DNA of 64,000 nucleotides from an uncultured Clostridia bacterium (lineage in GTDB: Bacteria > Bacillota > Clostridia > TANB77 > CAG-508), in contig CAKOTZ010000006.1 in NCBI GenBank assembly GCA_934120395.1, positions 16,914 to 80,913 of the forward strand. The letters run 5' to 3'. A model generated the notes under the pieces. That model saw only the letters and a program-made list of their open reading frames with translations. It ran no database searches and was not told the DNA's origin. The translations under genes were made by a program, and so were the position numbers. Shown here piece after piece: positions 41,793 through 52,151 of the stretch (positions within the stretch are counted from its first letter, which is position 1; each line of letters starts with the position of its first letter).

Positions 41793-42719
41793 ATGATACA
41801 AGAAATTTTTATAATTGATAATCAAACAGAAATGATAAAGCAAATACAAAAAATTTTCAAAGCTGAAAGAGATTTTAAATTTAAAAGTGTAAAAACTGAA
41901 GAAATCGAAATTGCATTAAAAAATATTCCTGCATTAATCATTATCAATGAAGACAATATAGATAGGGATGTTGTAGATGTTTGTAAACAAATTAGAGCAG
42001 ATGATGATAATAGTATTACTCCAATTATTGTATGTTCTTCAAAACGAGAATTAGAACACTCTTTAAGCGTTCTAAAAAATGCGGTAGAATATTATTTAAT
42101 TCAACCAATAGATAACGAATATTTGTATTATACAATAAAAAATATAGTACGATTTATGTATATAAATCGTAGAGTAAGCCCTTTAACAGGTTTACCTGGG
42201 AATGTACAGATACATGCCGAATTAAAGAAACGTTTATTGAATAAAGAGAATTTTGCTGTATTATATTTTGATTTAGATAATTTTAAAGCATATAACGATA
42301 TATATGGTTTTATCAAGGGAGACGAAATTATCAAATTTACTGCTAGAACTATTTTAGAGTATATTCATACAGCTGATTCGGGAAGCAGTTTTGTTGGACA
42401 TATTGGTGGAGATGATTTTGTAGCAATTGTAGATTCGAGCAATGATTACGAAAAAATATGTCAAAATATAATAGTGAATTTTGATTCTAAAGTATTACAA
42501 TACTTTAATGAAGAAGATAGAAAAAGAGGCTATGTAGAGGTTGCCAATAGACGTAATATTATTGAACAATTTCCACTAACATCTATTTCAATTGGAGTTG
42601 TAGATACTTGTAACCGCAAATTCCACAACATACTAGAAATTGGAGAAGTTGGAGCACAAGTAAAGCATTTGGCAAAAATAACTCCGGGAAGTACATATAT
42701 TATAGATAAAAGAAAGTAG
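41793..42719 (+). CDS. REC-GGDEF protein with non-canonical GGDDF active-site motif
   Basis: An N-terminal receiver-like domain and a C-terminal GGDEF domain (RVSPLTGLPGN...HIGGDDFVAIV). Confidence 0.7.
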   Translation: MIQEIFIIDNQTEMIKQIQKIFKAERDFKFKSVKTEEIEIALKNIPALIIINEDNIDRDVVDVCKQIRADDDNSITPIIVCSSKRELEHSLSVLKNAVEYYLIQPIDNEYLYYTIKNIVRFMYINRRVSPLTGLPGNVQIHAELKKRLLNKENFAVLYFDLDNFKAYNDIYGFIKGDEIIKFTARTILEYIHTADSGSSFVGHIGGDDFVAIVDSSNDYEKICQNIIVNFDSKVLQYFNEEDRKRGYVEVANRRNIIEQFPLTSISIGVVDTCNRKFHNILEIGEVGAQVKHLAKITPGSTYIIDKRK

Positions 42720-42878
42720 AGAAAAATATATATGAAAAGTGATAAAAAAGATGTATGAAAACTTTTTTATCACTTTTTTTATTTTATGAAACTTTTGGTA
42801 AAGAAAAGTTATCTAATATATTAAGAAATTTCTAACTAAATTTATGTAAGAAGAAAGAGAGGGGATGAATAAAAGCCA

Positions 42879-43424
42879 ATGAAAAAGCTAATATGTAGAA
42901 CCAATAAAAGTATAGATGATGAATTTGTTGAATTAGTAATGGAAGCTAAAGAAAGCATGTACAAGATTGCCAGGTGCAGATTAAATAATTATGAAGATGT
43001 TTTAGATGTTACTCAAAATACAATATTATCTGCGTATAAAAATGTTACACAACTAAGGAATAAAAAACATTTTAAAACATGGATAATTAAAATTTTGATA
43101 AATGAATGCAATTTATTTTATAAAAAGCAATATAAAAATGAGAGAGTAATGGAAAATGTAAAGCTGTCAGAGCAAAAGCTTGATAAAGAATTGGAACCGT
43201 TCACTAATGTTGTAAATTCATCTATAGACTTTAAGTTACTAATGAAAGTACTAAATGATACAGAACAACTTGTTATAAGTTTATTTTATAGTAATGAGTT
43301 TAGCTGTAAAGAGATAGCTAAGATATTAGATATGAATGAAAATACGGTTAAAACTAATTTAAGGAGAGCAAAAGATAAAATTAAATTATATTACGATAAA
43401 AGGGGTGAATATAGTGAAAAATGA
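42879..43424 (+). CDS. ECF-type sigma-70 family RNA polymerase sigma factor
   Basis: Region 2 (HFKTWIIKILINE) and a region 4 HTH (FSCKEIAKILDMNENTVKTNLRRA). Confidence 0.8.
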   Translation: MKKLICRTNKSIDDEFVELVMEAKESMYKIARCRLNNYEDVLDVTQNTILSAYKNVTQLRNKKHFKTWIIKILINECNLFYKKQYKNERVMENVKLSEQKLDKELEPFTNVVNSSIDFKLLMKVLNDTEQLVISLFYSNEFSCKEIAKILDMNENTVKTNLRRAKDKIKLYYDKRGEYSEK

Positions 43425-44763
43425 AAGTTATGATAAACTTGATAATATATTGTTTAATGAATTTGAAAGAAACTTGAAAATGCCAAAAGATTATGAAGAA
43501 AAAGTAAAAAGTATGCTTGATAAAACAACAGGTTATAATTCCAAAAAAAGAGCAACGGAAATGTTAAAGCATAGTTTTTTAAGAAAAGTGGCAAGTGTTG
43601 TTGTTATATTGGGAGTAGCTGGTGGTGCTGTTTATGCAGGATGTAATTTTGAAAATATAAAAAAATTTATATTTGATGGTGGAATTGGTACAGCTGTTGA
43701 AAATGGGTATGTAGCTAATATAGAACAAAATATTCAAGAGAAACAAATGCAAGTTATAGAAAATAACGAAATTATAGTTGATAACATAGAGGTAGGACCA
43801 AATATTGATAGTTTTGTTATGGATGATAGTAATTTGTGCATAAATTTTAGTTTTAATTTTGAAAATGAAATTAAAAAATATTTGAATTTGAAGGATTTGC
43901 ATTTGTTTGAATTAGAGAATTTGGTGATAACAGATGGAGAAAGCAAAATATTGTTTGAAAATTTAAACAAAGAAGACTTTGAGTCATATTGCCAAAAATG
44001 TAATTTGCAATATGAAAAAGGAGAATTTAATGAAAATTATATTAATAGTGGAGTGAATATTGTAAGTTATGATAAAACAGATAATACCATAAAGATAATG
44101 TACAATGTTTATGGTAGTAAATATCCAAAGGTTAAAAAAATAAAAATAGAGTTTAATGGGATAAGATTAGCAGAACATATAATGGATAATGAGATAGAAG
44201 ATTCTATAGTTCTGAAAGGCGAATGGAGCATAGAACTAAGCGTTCCTGAGCAAATGTATAATAGGACAAGTGAAAGTTATAAGGTTGTTAATACTAATAA
44301 TGAAAATTTTGAAGTATATAGTGCTAAAGTAAGCGATACAGGTTTTGAATTTGGAACAATTATAAAAAACTGTAAAGACACAATGAATGATGCAGATTAC
44401 ATAAACAAAATAAATGACTTACACCAAGTATTAAGTAATCCTAATATTACAGAAGAGGAAAATTTAAGAATTTCAAAAGAAATTAAAAAAATATCAGATG
44501 ACAAATTAAAAGTAATATTAACAGAAGAAATAGATGAAAATAATAAGCATGTTAAATCAACTTATGTTACAAATTCAAATGGAAAAAGATTTGAATTGGA
44601 TTTAACAGTTGGAAGAAAGCAAACTGCTAATCGTATAGATGATGATACATTTGATTATTACAATACATTTGAAATGACAAAGAAGGATTCAACAGATAAA
44701 ATTGAGGTAATATTGGATTATAGAGGAGAAAAGGTTAATATTGAACTTGAAAAAGTGAAGTAA
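43405..44763 (+). CDS. putative membrane-anchored anti-sigma factor
   Basis: It overlaps the sigma gene's stop. A TM segment lies about 60 aa in, followed by a large extracytoplasmic domain. Confidence 0.5.
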   Translation: MNIVKNESYDKLDNILFNEFERNLKMPKDYEEKVKSMLDKTTGYNSKKRATEMLKHSFLRKVASVVVILGVAGGAVYAGCNFENIKKFIFDGGIGTAVENGYVANIEQNIQEKQMQVIENNEIIVDNIEVGPNIDSFVMDDSNLCINFSFNFENEIKKYLNLKDLHLFELENLVITDGESKILFENLNKEDFESYCQKCNLQYEKGEFNENYINSGVNIVSYDKTDNTIKIMYNVYGSKYPKVKKIKIEFNGIRLAEHIMDNEIEDSIVLKGEWSIELSVPEQMYNRTSESYKVVNTNNENFEVYSAKVSDTGFEFGTIIKNCKDTMNDADYINKINDLHQVLSNPNITEEENLRISKEIKKISDDKLKVILTEEIDENNKHVKSTYVTNSNGKRFELDLTVGRKQTANRIDDDTFDYYNTFEMTKKDSTDKIEVILDYRGEKVNIELEKVK

Positions 44764-44940
44764 GAGTGTATAAATTAAACTTTTTAAACTTTTCAGAAAA
44801 AATGATAAATAATATGTTAACATTAATATGTTATTTCTTTTGAATCATTATTAATAGTATCTAAATCTATTTATAAATATAAATAGATTATAGATATAAA
44901 AAGAAAAAGTACTGAGGATTGTTGACAGGAGGAAAAGACA

Positions 44941-45381
44941 ATGAAACGGTTATTTAGCATAGTGGTAACTTGTTTGATATTGGTAGGAATGACTTCGATA
45001 GTGTTTGCTGCCGATAAAAATAATTGGGATTATGGTGTTCATGCAGTTGGGGATATGAATTTAACTGATTGCACGTATACACCAGTTAAGACCATGTTGA
45101 ATTCTGGAAATGTAACAGTTTCAGGTAATTTTCATACCACAGATGGTGGTTCGAAAGGGGCATTGACTGTTAAGGTGTATAACGCTACAACAGGAGCATT
45201 AATTACTGAAAGTTGTACCGAAGAAGGCGTAACAGGAGTAACATCTAGTTTTAGTGTGCCAACATTTTATGTGGGGCAAGGCCAAAAAATAAGACTTTGG
45301 TTTGATATTAGTAGTGCTTCTAGTGTTTCATCAGGACCATATCGTCGTGCATATATAGATTATCAATATGTTATGAATTGA
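44941..45381 (+). CDS. hypothetical secreted protein
   Basis: The signal peptide MKRLFSIVVTCLILVGMTSIVFA and a 146-aa body. Confidence 0.5.
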   Translation: MKRLFSIVVTCLILVGMTSIVFAADKNNWDYGVHAVGDMNLTDCTYTPVKTMLNSGNVTVSGNFHTTDGGSKGALTVKVYNATTGALITESCTEEGVTGVTSSFSVPTFYVGQGQKIRLWFDISSASSVSSGPYRRAYIDYQYVMN

Positions 45382-45424
45382 TATGGTAAATTAATTATAT
45401 ACTGTACTTTTTCTTTTTTCTCCA

Positions 45425-46144
45425 TCACAATTGATGGAGATTTTTCTTATATATATTAAATAGTATGGCATAGATTATGTCTTTAGGTTTTAATTTAACA
45501 TTATTGTAGATTTTAAAGTAACTAGAAAAAGTTAATATGTCACATTCATAAAACATTTCATCAATGGAATTAGAAATAGAAGATTTTATTGAACTAATTG
45601 TTCTTTTATATTTTGCTGATAACACAGGATACACATATGTATTAAAGTTAATGTAATCGTATATATTGTTTTTATAAAGAAATTGAATTATATCAATTAT
45701 ATAGGTAGTGCCAATGCGATTTAAATCAAATTTTAAATGTATTAATTCGTTTTGAATAATAATATATAAGTCATTTCTACTAAGAGACCAGTTAAATAAA
45801 ATATTACGAAGACCAAAGCTAAAGTCTTTGGGAGATATACAGTCAAATATAGAATTACTATTATTTTTTTCGGTATTTAAATAGTGATTGGATGTTATTA
45901 AAACAATATTTTGATTCATAGTTAAATTTTTCTCTATTTCCCTAATTAGTGATAATTCTTGAAATTTTTTAAAATGTGAATCTATAATTATCAAATCAGT
46001 TTGTAATTCAATTAAATCAGAAATAATGTTTTGTGAAATAAAGATAACCTTATTTAATCTGGCATCAGTGCAAAATGGAAAAATACTATTTGCTATTGCA
46101 ATAATATTTTGAGAATCATAGCCTACTATAGAAATATTAATCAT
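45425..46144 (-). CDS. hypothetical protein (degenerate receiver-like N-terminus)
   Basis: A 239-aa ORF with no clear motifs. Confidence 0.4.
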   Translation of the reverse strand: MINISIVGYDSQNIIAIANSIFPFCTDARLNKVIFISQNIISDLIELQTDLIIIDSHFKKFQELSLIREIEKNLTMNQNIVLITSNHYLNTEKNNSNSIFDCISPKDFSFGLRNILFNWSLSRNDLYIIIQNELIHLKFDLNRIGTTYIIDIIQFLYKNNIYDYINFNTYVYPVLSAKYKRTISSIKSSISNSIDEMFYECDILTFSSYFKIYNNVKLKPKDIIYAILFNIYKKNLHQL

Positions 46145-46364
46145 AAATATAATCTCCTTACTATAACATAATTATTTAATATTTTTAATGACAAAAACAT
46201 TAAATAAATACAAGTTTGTATTCTATATTAAATAGACAGTTAGAAAATAAAACTTAGTCTCATGATATAAAAAATATTAACAAAAATGTAATTAAATAAA
46301 TCTAACTATATGCAATTTAAATATAAAAAATTATATAAAATATTGAAAGGATTAGATTATAGTA

Positions 46365-46916
46365 GTGAACGAATTAGTAAAAAGAGCAAAAAATGGGGAT
46401 AAAAAGGCATTTACTAAATTGATTAAAATAATATCAGAAGATTTATATAGAATGGCAAGAATACGTTTAAAAAATGAAATAGATATTAATGAAGTGGTTC
46501 AAGAAACAATAATAAAAATATATAAATCAATAAAAACGGTAAGAAGGGAAGAGGCGTTTAAAAAATGGGCAATTAAAATATTAGTTAATTGTTGCAATGA
46601 TGTATATAACAAATCGTATAATAAATATGAATTCCTAGAAGAAAATATAGAGAAAGTTTACGTAAACAAAAACTGTTTTGATTGTGATATTGAGAAAAAA
46701 ATTGATGACATGGACTTTGAAATATTAATAAGAAAATTAAGTTATAAGGAAAGAATAGTACTTACACTATATTATTCAGATGGATTAACTTCGAGACAGA
46801 TAGGAAAAATATTAGAAGAACCTGAAAGTACAATAAAAAATAGAATAAATAGAGCGGTTAAGAAATTAAGATTTTCGTATGAAGTTGAGAGTTATAAAGA
46901 AACAATTGAAAATTAA
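46365..46916 (+). CDS. ECF-type sigma factor (GTG start)
   Basis: Region 2 (FKKWAIKILVN) and region 4 (LTSRQIGKILEEPESTIKNRINRA). Confidence 0.75.
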   Translation: MNELVKRAKNGDKKAFTKLIKIISEDLYRMARIRLKNEIDINEVVQETIIKIYKSIKTVRREEAFKKWAIKILVNCCNDVYNKSYNKYEFLEENIEKVYVNKNCFDCDIEKKIDDMDFEILIRKLSYKERIVLTLYYSDGLTSRQIGKILEEPESTIKNRINRAVKKLRFSYEVESYKETIEN

Positions 46917-46975
46917 GTAAAAAAATTAAATGTCATTAAATTAAAAGACAAATAAAGAGCAAATTTATGCTCTTT

Positions 46976-48025
46976 TTATATATTCAAATTAAAAAGATTT
47001 GTATTAGCTAAAATTATGTATGTATAAAACAGTGCAAAGTTTGCATGTAATAGTTTGCCTAAAATATATGGCTTTATAGAAATTCCATTCTTAGATGTGA
47101 TGCTTAACACTTGCAATGCAACTGAAATTCCACCAAAGCCTAATAAAAATGAACAAAGTAAAATACTTAAAGAAATATTTTTAGTAGGTAAGTTACAAAT
47201 TTGTTGAACACCATTTGTAAGTTCAATAACTCCAGTATATAAACCTTCTAAAAAATGACTATCTATACCCAAATTAGCTAACAAAGGTGAAGTGAAAAAT
47301 ATAATTATATCAAAGAAATGACTATTATGTAACATAGATGTTATAACAGAAAATAAGACTACAAAACCACCTATCATAACGACAGTGTTGGTTGCATTTT
47401 TTATGCTTGAGCCTAGAACGTCACCTAAATTGCCAAAACTAACAGAGTTCATTGAAGAATCAGCATAATCACGATAATATGTATGTTTTTTTCTTTTCCA
47501 AAAACGAAAAATAAATCCAACTGTAATACAAGCAAGAATGTGTGTGAAAAGTAGCAAAAATCCTGTTTTACTATCACCAAATAAGCTTATACCAACTGTA
47601 CCTACAATAAAAAGTGGACCAGAGTTATTAGTGAAAGCAAGAAGCCTTTCACATTCTTCCATGGTGCAAATGTTTTTTTCTTTAAAATTAGAAACAATTT
47701 TAGCTCCAGTTGGATAACCACTAATAATTCCCATAATAAAAGCAAATGCACCTTCTCCAGGAACATTAAACAAAGGGCGCATAATGCCATTTAAAAGATT
47801 GCCTAAGTGATAAATAATATTTGTATGGCATAGTAGTTCTGTTGCAATAAAAAATGGAAACAATGAGGGTACGACAGAGTTTGCCCACAAGTTTAAACCC
47901 TGTTTAGCTGCTAATAAATTATCTTTAGAAAAGGTAATTAAACAAATAGTAAACAAACAAAAACAAGTAGGAATAATACTTCTTTTAATGGATAAAATTA
48001 AAAAATTTATTTTTGGAACATGCAC
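46976..48025 (-). CDS. YlbJ-like sporulation integral membrane protein (nucleoside-transporter gate domains)
   Basis: A 349-aa polytopic membrane protein whose paired gate-like segments resemble YlbJ. Confidence 0.5.
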   Translation of the reverse strand: MHVPKINFLILSIKRSIIPTCFCLFTICLITFSKDNLLAAKQGLNLWANSVVPSLFPFFIATELLCHTNIIYHLGNLLNGIMRPLFNVPGEGAFAFIMGIISGYPTGAKIVSNFKEKNICTMEECERLLAFTNNSGPLFIVGTVGISLFGDSKTGFLLLFTHILACITVGFIFRFWKRKKHTYYRDYADSSMNSVSFGNLGDVLGSSIKNATNTVVMIGGFVVLFSVITSMLHNSHFFDIIIFFTSPLLANLGIDSHFLEGLYTGVIELTNGVQQICNLPTKNISLSILLCSFLLGFGGISVALQVLSITSKNGISIKPYILGKLLHANFALFYTYIILANTNLFNLNI

Positions 48026-48200
48026 AAAATATCACCTGTTACAATATATAGCCATGAATATATAAATATTCACAAAATTTATGTAAAACACTTGAAAAGT
48101 TGGCACAAATATGATAAAATTTCAACGTTGGAATAGTGAAAACTATAATCCTTACCTATATTAAATATATAGGTTATAAGCCAAGAGGAGGTGTAAAATA

Positions 48201-48485
48201 ATGAACAAATACGAAAGTGTTATCATTATTAATCCAAACGTAGAAGAGCAAACAATTAAAACATTAATTGCTAAATTTACAGATTTGATTAATAATGACG
48301 GAAAGCTAGAAAAAGTTGATGAATTAGGCAAGAAAAGATTAGCATACGAAATTAAAAAGCAAAAAGAAGGATACTATATTGTATTCTATTTTGAAGCAAA
48401 TCCAACTTTAATAGCTGAACTTGAAAGAGTATATAGAATTGCAGATGAAGTAATGAAGTTTATAGTTGTAAGACAAGAAGATTAA
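48201..48485 (+). CDS. rpsF: 30S ribosomal protein S6
   Basis: MNKYESVIIINPNVEE... and the rpsF-ssb-rpsR operon order. Confidence 0.95.
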   Translation: MNKYESVIIINPNVEEQTIKTLIAKFTDLINNDGKLEKVDELGKKRLAYEIKKQKEGYYIVFYFEANPTLIAELERVYRIADEVMKFIVVRQED

Positions 48486-48529
48486 TAAATTTCATGGGGG
48501 CCTTTATAATAGAAAGGGTGTAAAAGCTA

Positions 48530-48949
48530 ATGAATAAAGTGATTTTAATGGGTCGTTTAACAAGAGATCCTGAGGTAAGATATACACAAACAAATAATAC
48601 ATTAGTAGCTTCTTTTAGTTTAGCAGTTAATAGAAGATTTGTTAGACAAGGAGAAGAAAGACAAGCAGATTTTATTAATATTGTTGCTTGGAGCAAACTT
48701 GGAGAATTTTGTAGTAAATATTTCAAAAAGGGACAACAGGTAGGAATTATTGGTAGAATCCAAACAAGAACATGGGATGACGAAAATGGTGTAAAACATT
48801 ACATTACAGAAGTAGTTGCAGAAGAGGCATATTTTGCTGATAGTAAAAGAGACGGAGAATCATCAAGCTTCGAAAATACTTTTGGAAGTACAGTAGCTTC
48901 CGCAAACTCAGAGTTTACGGTATCTTCTGACGATGATTTACCATTCTAA
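48530..48949 (+). CDS. ssb: single-stranded DNA-binding protein
   Basis: An OB fold ([16 protein letters not shown]) and an acidic DDDLPF tail. Confidence 0.95.
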   Translation: MNKVILMGRLTRDPEVRYTQTNNTLVASFSLAVNRRFVRQGEERQADFINIVAWSKLGEFCSKYFKKGQQVGIIGRIQTRTWDDENGVKHYITEVVAEEAYFADSKRDGESSSFENTFGSTVASANSEFTVSSDDDLPF

Positions 48950-48969
48950 GAGAAATGGGGGTAAGAAAG

Positions 48970-49251
48970 ATGGCTGATAAAAAGCAAAACAATAGAAGAA
49001 ATAGAAATAATGGCGATGATGATTTCAATCCTAGATTTAGAAAAGTAAGAAAAAAGGTTTGTCCTTTATGTAGCGATAAAAATCTAGTATTGGATTACAA
49101 AAATGCAGATCAATTAAAAAAATTTATTAATGATAAGGGTAAAATATTACCAAGAAGAGCAACAGGAGCTTGTGCAAAACATCAAAGAACAATTACTTTA
49201 GCTGTAAAAAGAGCTAGACATATTGCTGTTCTTCCATTTACACAAAACTAA
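48970..49251 (+). CDS. rpsR: 30S ribosomal protein S18
   Basis: KVCPLCSDK...[15 protein letters not shown]. The ATG at 48970 has an RBS (ggggg). Confidence 0.93.
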   Translation: MADKKQNNRRNRNNGDDDFNPRFRKVRKKVCPLCSDKNLVLDYKNADQLKKFINDKGKILPRRATGACAKHQRTITLAVKRARHIAVLPFTQN

Positions 49252-49261
49252 GAGATTTTAA

Positions 49262-49305
49262 AAGGTCATAAACTTGATATATATCAGTTTATGACCTTTT
49301 TTAAA
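49262..49305 (+). terminator. rho-independent terminator after rpsR
   Basis: aggtcataaacttgatatatatcagtttatgacc followed by ttttt. Confidence 0.6.
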
Positions 49306-49355
49306 ATAAAAAAGCAAAGAAAATCTCCTAGAGAATATCTCTAAGAGATTAGAGC

Positions 49356-49589
49356 CTAGAAATTGGCTTTAAGATAGTCAGCCAAATCTGAGCAGTTTTC
49401 CTGAAAACTCTGATCATTTCCTTCAGAGAAAATTGTGTGCTGAAAAAGTAAATATTCAGCATCTTTAGAAATTTTTTCTAATCTATACCGAGAGCCAATA
49501 AACTCAAAATATAAAATTTCTAAAGAAGTGTAATTGGTTTTGGTGATACGCTGAAGTTCTTTAATCAGTTTTTTTTCCATAATGCTCAC
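49356..49589 (-). CDS. hypothetical small protein
   Basis: A 77-aa ORF. Confidence 0.35.
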   Translation of the reverse strand: MSIMEKKLIKELQRITKTNYTSLEILYFEFIGSRYRLEKISKDAEYLLFQHTIFSEGNDQSFQENCSDLADYLKANF

Positions 49590-49640
49590 TCCTTATATAA
49601 AAACACATAATGCTAAATATATTATAACAAAGAAACAAAA

Positions 49641-49942
49641 TTATGTCAACTCTGTTAAAATTTGTTCATATCCATCTAAAAGTGTATTGATTTTATTAAA
49701 GCTAGATAAATCTTCAGAAAAGAAAGCTGTGGACATCAAGTTTGCAAACCCTTTATATTGTGGAAAAAAGGCTTCTAATTTTAAAATTAAATCTAGCATA
49801 GTATCAGTGTTAGAAAAGGATATATTATTTTTCTTAAAAAAAGTATGAAGAATAGAACGATATTCATCCATTAATATATTTAAAATATCATCATATTTTT
49901 TTTGACTCAATAGAGACTTTATTTTATTTTTATCTAACATCT
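49641..49942 (-). CDS. hypothetical protein, translationally coupled to the upstream gene
   Basis: The start ATGTTAGAT overlaps the upstream stop (gATGTTAGATAA). A perfect RBS (aaaggagg) is present. Confidence 0.45.
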
Positions 49943-51174
49943 TCTTCCTTACCTCCTTTAACAATTTGCTTTTCGGTATTAAAGCGATTTATTTCATAAT
50001 CTAAAATAGCTTGTTGTGTAGGAGTATGGCGTATGTTGCTTTTAGCCAAGGTTTCAATTTGAGATCTTTGTAATTGACTAAAACGGTATACCATATATGG
50101 TTTAAATGGTGTAGCTATTTTAGTTTCCTCTAAAGTAATATTATATTTTTTTTCAAGATCATCTAAAAAGCGGGAGTCTGAGTGAACCTTGAAATCTGTA
50201 TTATATTTAGAAATATTAACTGTAAAATCAGAATTATATTTTTCCTTTGATTTTAGAGGGTCAATACTTCTAGAAAGTCTAATATTTTTAGCTTTATCAG
50301 CTTTTGTTAAATTAGCGTATTGTTGGACAATTAAATCAATATTTTTTTCTTTAATTTGATATAAATAAGTTGTACTTTGCATGCAAGATATATATTTGAA
50401 TAAGCTATCTGGTGTAATATTGTATTTTTTAGATGATTTAGTGTCCATAATTATTTTATTTATTTGTTTATAAGTAGCTGTGCGCTTTAAAACTTTTTTG
50501 CTTTCAATATCACCATATATGTAACTTGAATAATCCTGAAGAAATGCTTCAGAAAGTGCTTCGCCATCCTTTGTTATAGTAGTTAATAGTTTATTTTTAA
50601 GTCTATCATAGGCATTTGTACATTCAAAAATTTCTTTCGAATTTTCAGGATTAGGGCAACTGGTCTTTACTATATTTTTTCTAACAGCTTCTGCTTGTTT
50701 AGCTAATCTACTAGACCATAACATATTTTTTGCATATAATTCAATATTGCTATTTCTATTATTATCAAACTCATTAGCCACTTGTTTAGTGGAAACTAAC
50801 AAAGGATTTTCAAAATCTATTGCGCTAGTATTTAAATTTTTAAAATTAGAATTATGCAATGAAATAAAAGATGTAAGTGTACCAGTAGGTCTTAATAATT
50901 GTTTATACATTGATGTTAAAATTTGTGAAGAAATTTTTCGGATGTTTGTAGTATCTGGTTCTTTTATCATTTGCAACATATATAAATTTAATTGTGTTGT
51001 ATTTTCCAAAAATAAATAACTTAAGTATAAATCTATGTCTTGTTTTGGAATATTAAATTCTTTTATATTATCTTTAAATTTTTGACTATTTAACACTGCT
51101 TTACATAGGTCTTTGTATTGTTTAATTTGCTTATCAGAGCTAATGTAGTGTTTAGAAAATTTCATAACCATCAC
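49930..51174 (-). CDS. hypothetical protein (414 aa)
   Basis: A long ORF with an RBS. Its function is unknown. Confidence 0.5.
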   Translation of the reverse strand: MMVMKFSKHYISSDKQIKQYKDLCKAVLNSQKFKDNIKEFNIPKQDIDLYLSYLFLENTTQLNLYMLQMIKEPDTTNIRKISSQILTSMYKQLLRPTGTLTSFISLHNSNFKNLNTSAIDFENPLLVSTKQVANEFDNNRNSNIELYAKNMLWSSRLAKQAEAVRKNIVKTSCPNPENSKEIFECTNAYDRLKNKLLTTITKDGEALSEAFLQDYSSYIYGDIESKKVLKRTATYKQINKIIMDTKSSKKYNITPDSLFKYISCMQSTTYLYQIKEKNIDLIVQQYANLTKADKAKNIRLSRSIDPLKSKEKYNSDFTVNISKYNTDFKVHSDSRFLDDLEKKYNITLEETKIATPFKPYMVYRFSQLQRSQIETLAKSNIRHTPTQQAILDYEINRFNTEKQIVKGGKEEDVR

Positions 51175-51317
51175 TTCCTCTAAAGAATAAATAAAACCTA
51201 ATATAATTATAGCATAAAGGTAATAGGCTTGGCAAATTTATGTTTTTTCAGGAAAACTACTGATTTTTATAGCGTTTTGTGGTATAATATTAATATATGG
51301 GATAAAAGGAGGTTGAT

Positions 51318-51494
51318 GTGGTGAACGAGAAATTTAATATAGATATTGAAAATATAAAAAGAGATTTAGCTATAGAGGGAATGTGCTTATCGGAGGAAGA
51401 TGTAAGTTTATTACAAAAATATTCTAGTAGAGAAATTAATATGGAACAATTAATTAACACCATTCAAAAAACAACAATGGAGGGCATACAATAG
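51318..51494 (+). CDS. small ORF (58 aa, GTG start) immediately upstream of fic; possible Fic antitoxin-like partner
   Basis: An RBS (aaaggagg). Its stop is directly adjacent to the fic ATG. It ends ...TTMEGIQ. Confidence 0.3.
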   Translation: MVNEKFNIDIENIKRDLAIEGMCLSEEDVSLLQKYSSREINMEQLINTIQKTTMEGIQ

Positions 51495-51495
51495 A

Positions 51496-52090
51496 ATGAA
51501 AGACCTTTATGAAGCAAGAAATTCAATTTATTGTTATAAGGATAGTAATGTATTAAAAAATAAACTGGAAATTAAAAATAATGAAGATTTATTTTTATAT
51601 GAAACTAAAATAACAGCTGCAAAATTACTTATTTTAAGAGAAAAAGGAATTACAGGCAAATTTGATAGCGCACATTTTATTTCTATACATCGTTTTTTAT
51701 TTGAAGATATCTATCCATTTGCGGGACTTTTTCGCTCAGAAAATATAGCCAAGGATAATTTTAGATTTGCTCAATGGGAATATATTGAGGAACAGTTAAA
51801 ATACACATTGAATCAATTGAAAAGCGAAAATTATTTAGCTGGTTATGACAAAGAGAAATTGGCGGAAAGGCTCGCATATTATATGGCTGAATTAAACGTA
51901 TTGCATCCTTTTAGAGAGCGGAAATGGACGAACAACTAGAGAATTTATTAGACAATTGGCGTTAAAAAATGGTTATGAGCTCAATATAAAAAATATTGTA
52001 GCAGAGGATATGTTAAAAGCCTGTATTGAATCTGTAGTTGATACAACATTTTTACAACAATTGTTAAAACAATGTTTAGAAAAAAAGTAG
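51496..52090 (+). CDS. fic: Fic/Doc-family protein (AMPylator-type), read across +1 site at C51919
   Basis: The in-frame ORF ends ...HPFRERKWTNN*. Skipping C51919 (gag|c|gga) gives HPFREGNGRTTREFIRQLALKNGYEL...LEKK*, which is the canonical Fic motif HPFx[DE]GNGRxxR. Confidence 0.8.
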
Positions 52091-52151
52091 GGTATGGTCT
52101 TGTGTCTACCCTACTTTTATGCTACTGTTATTATAGAAATAGGGGGTAAAA

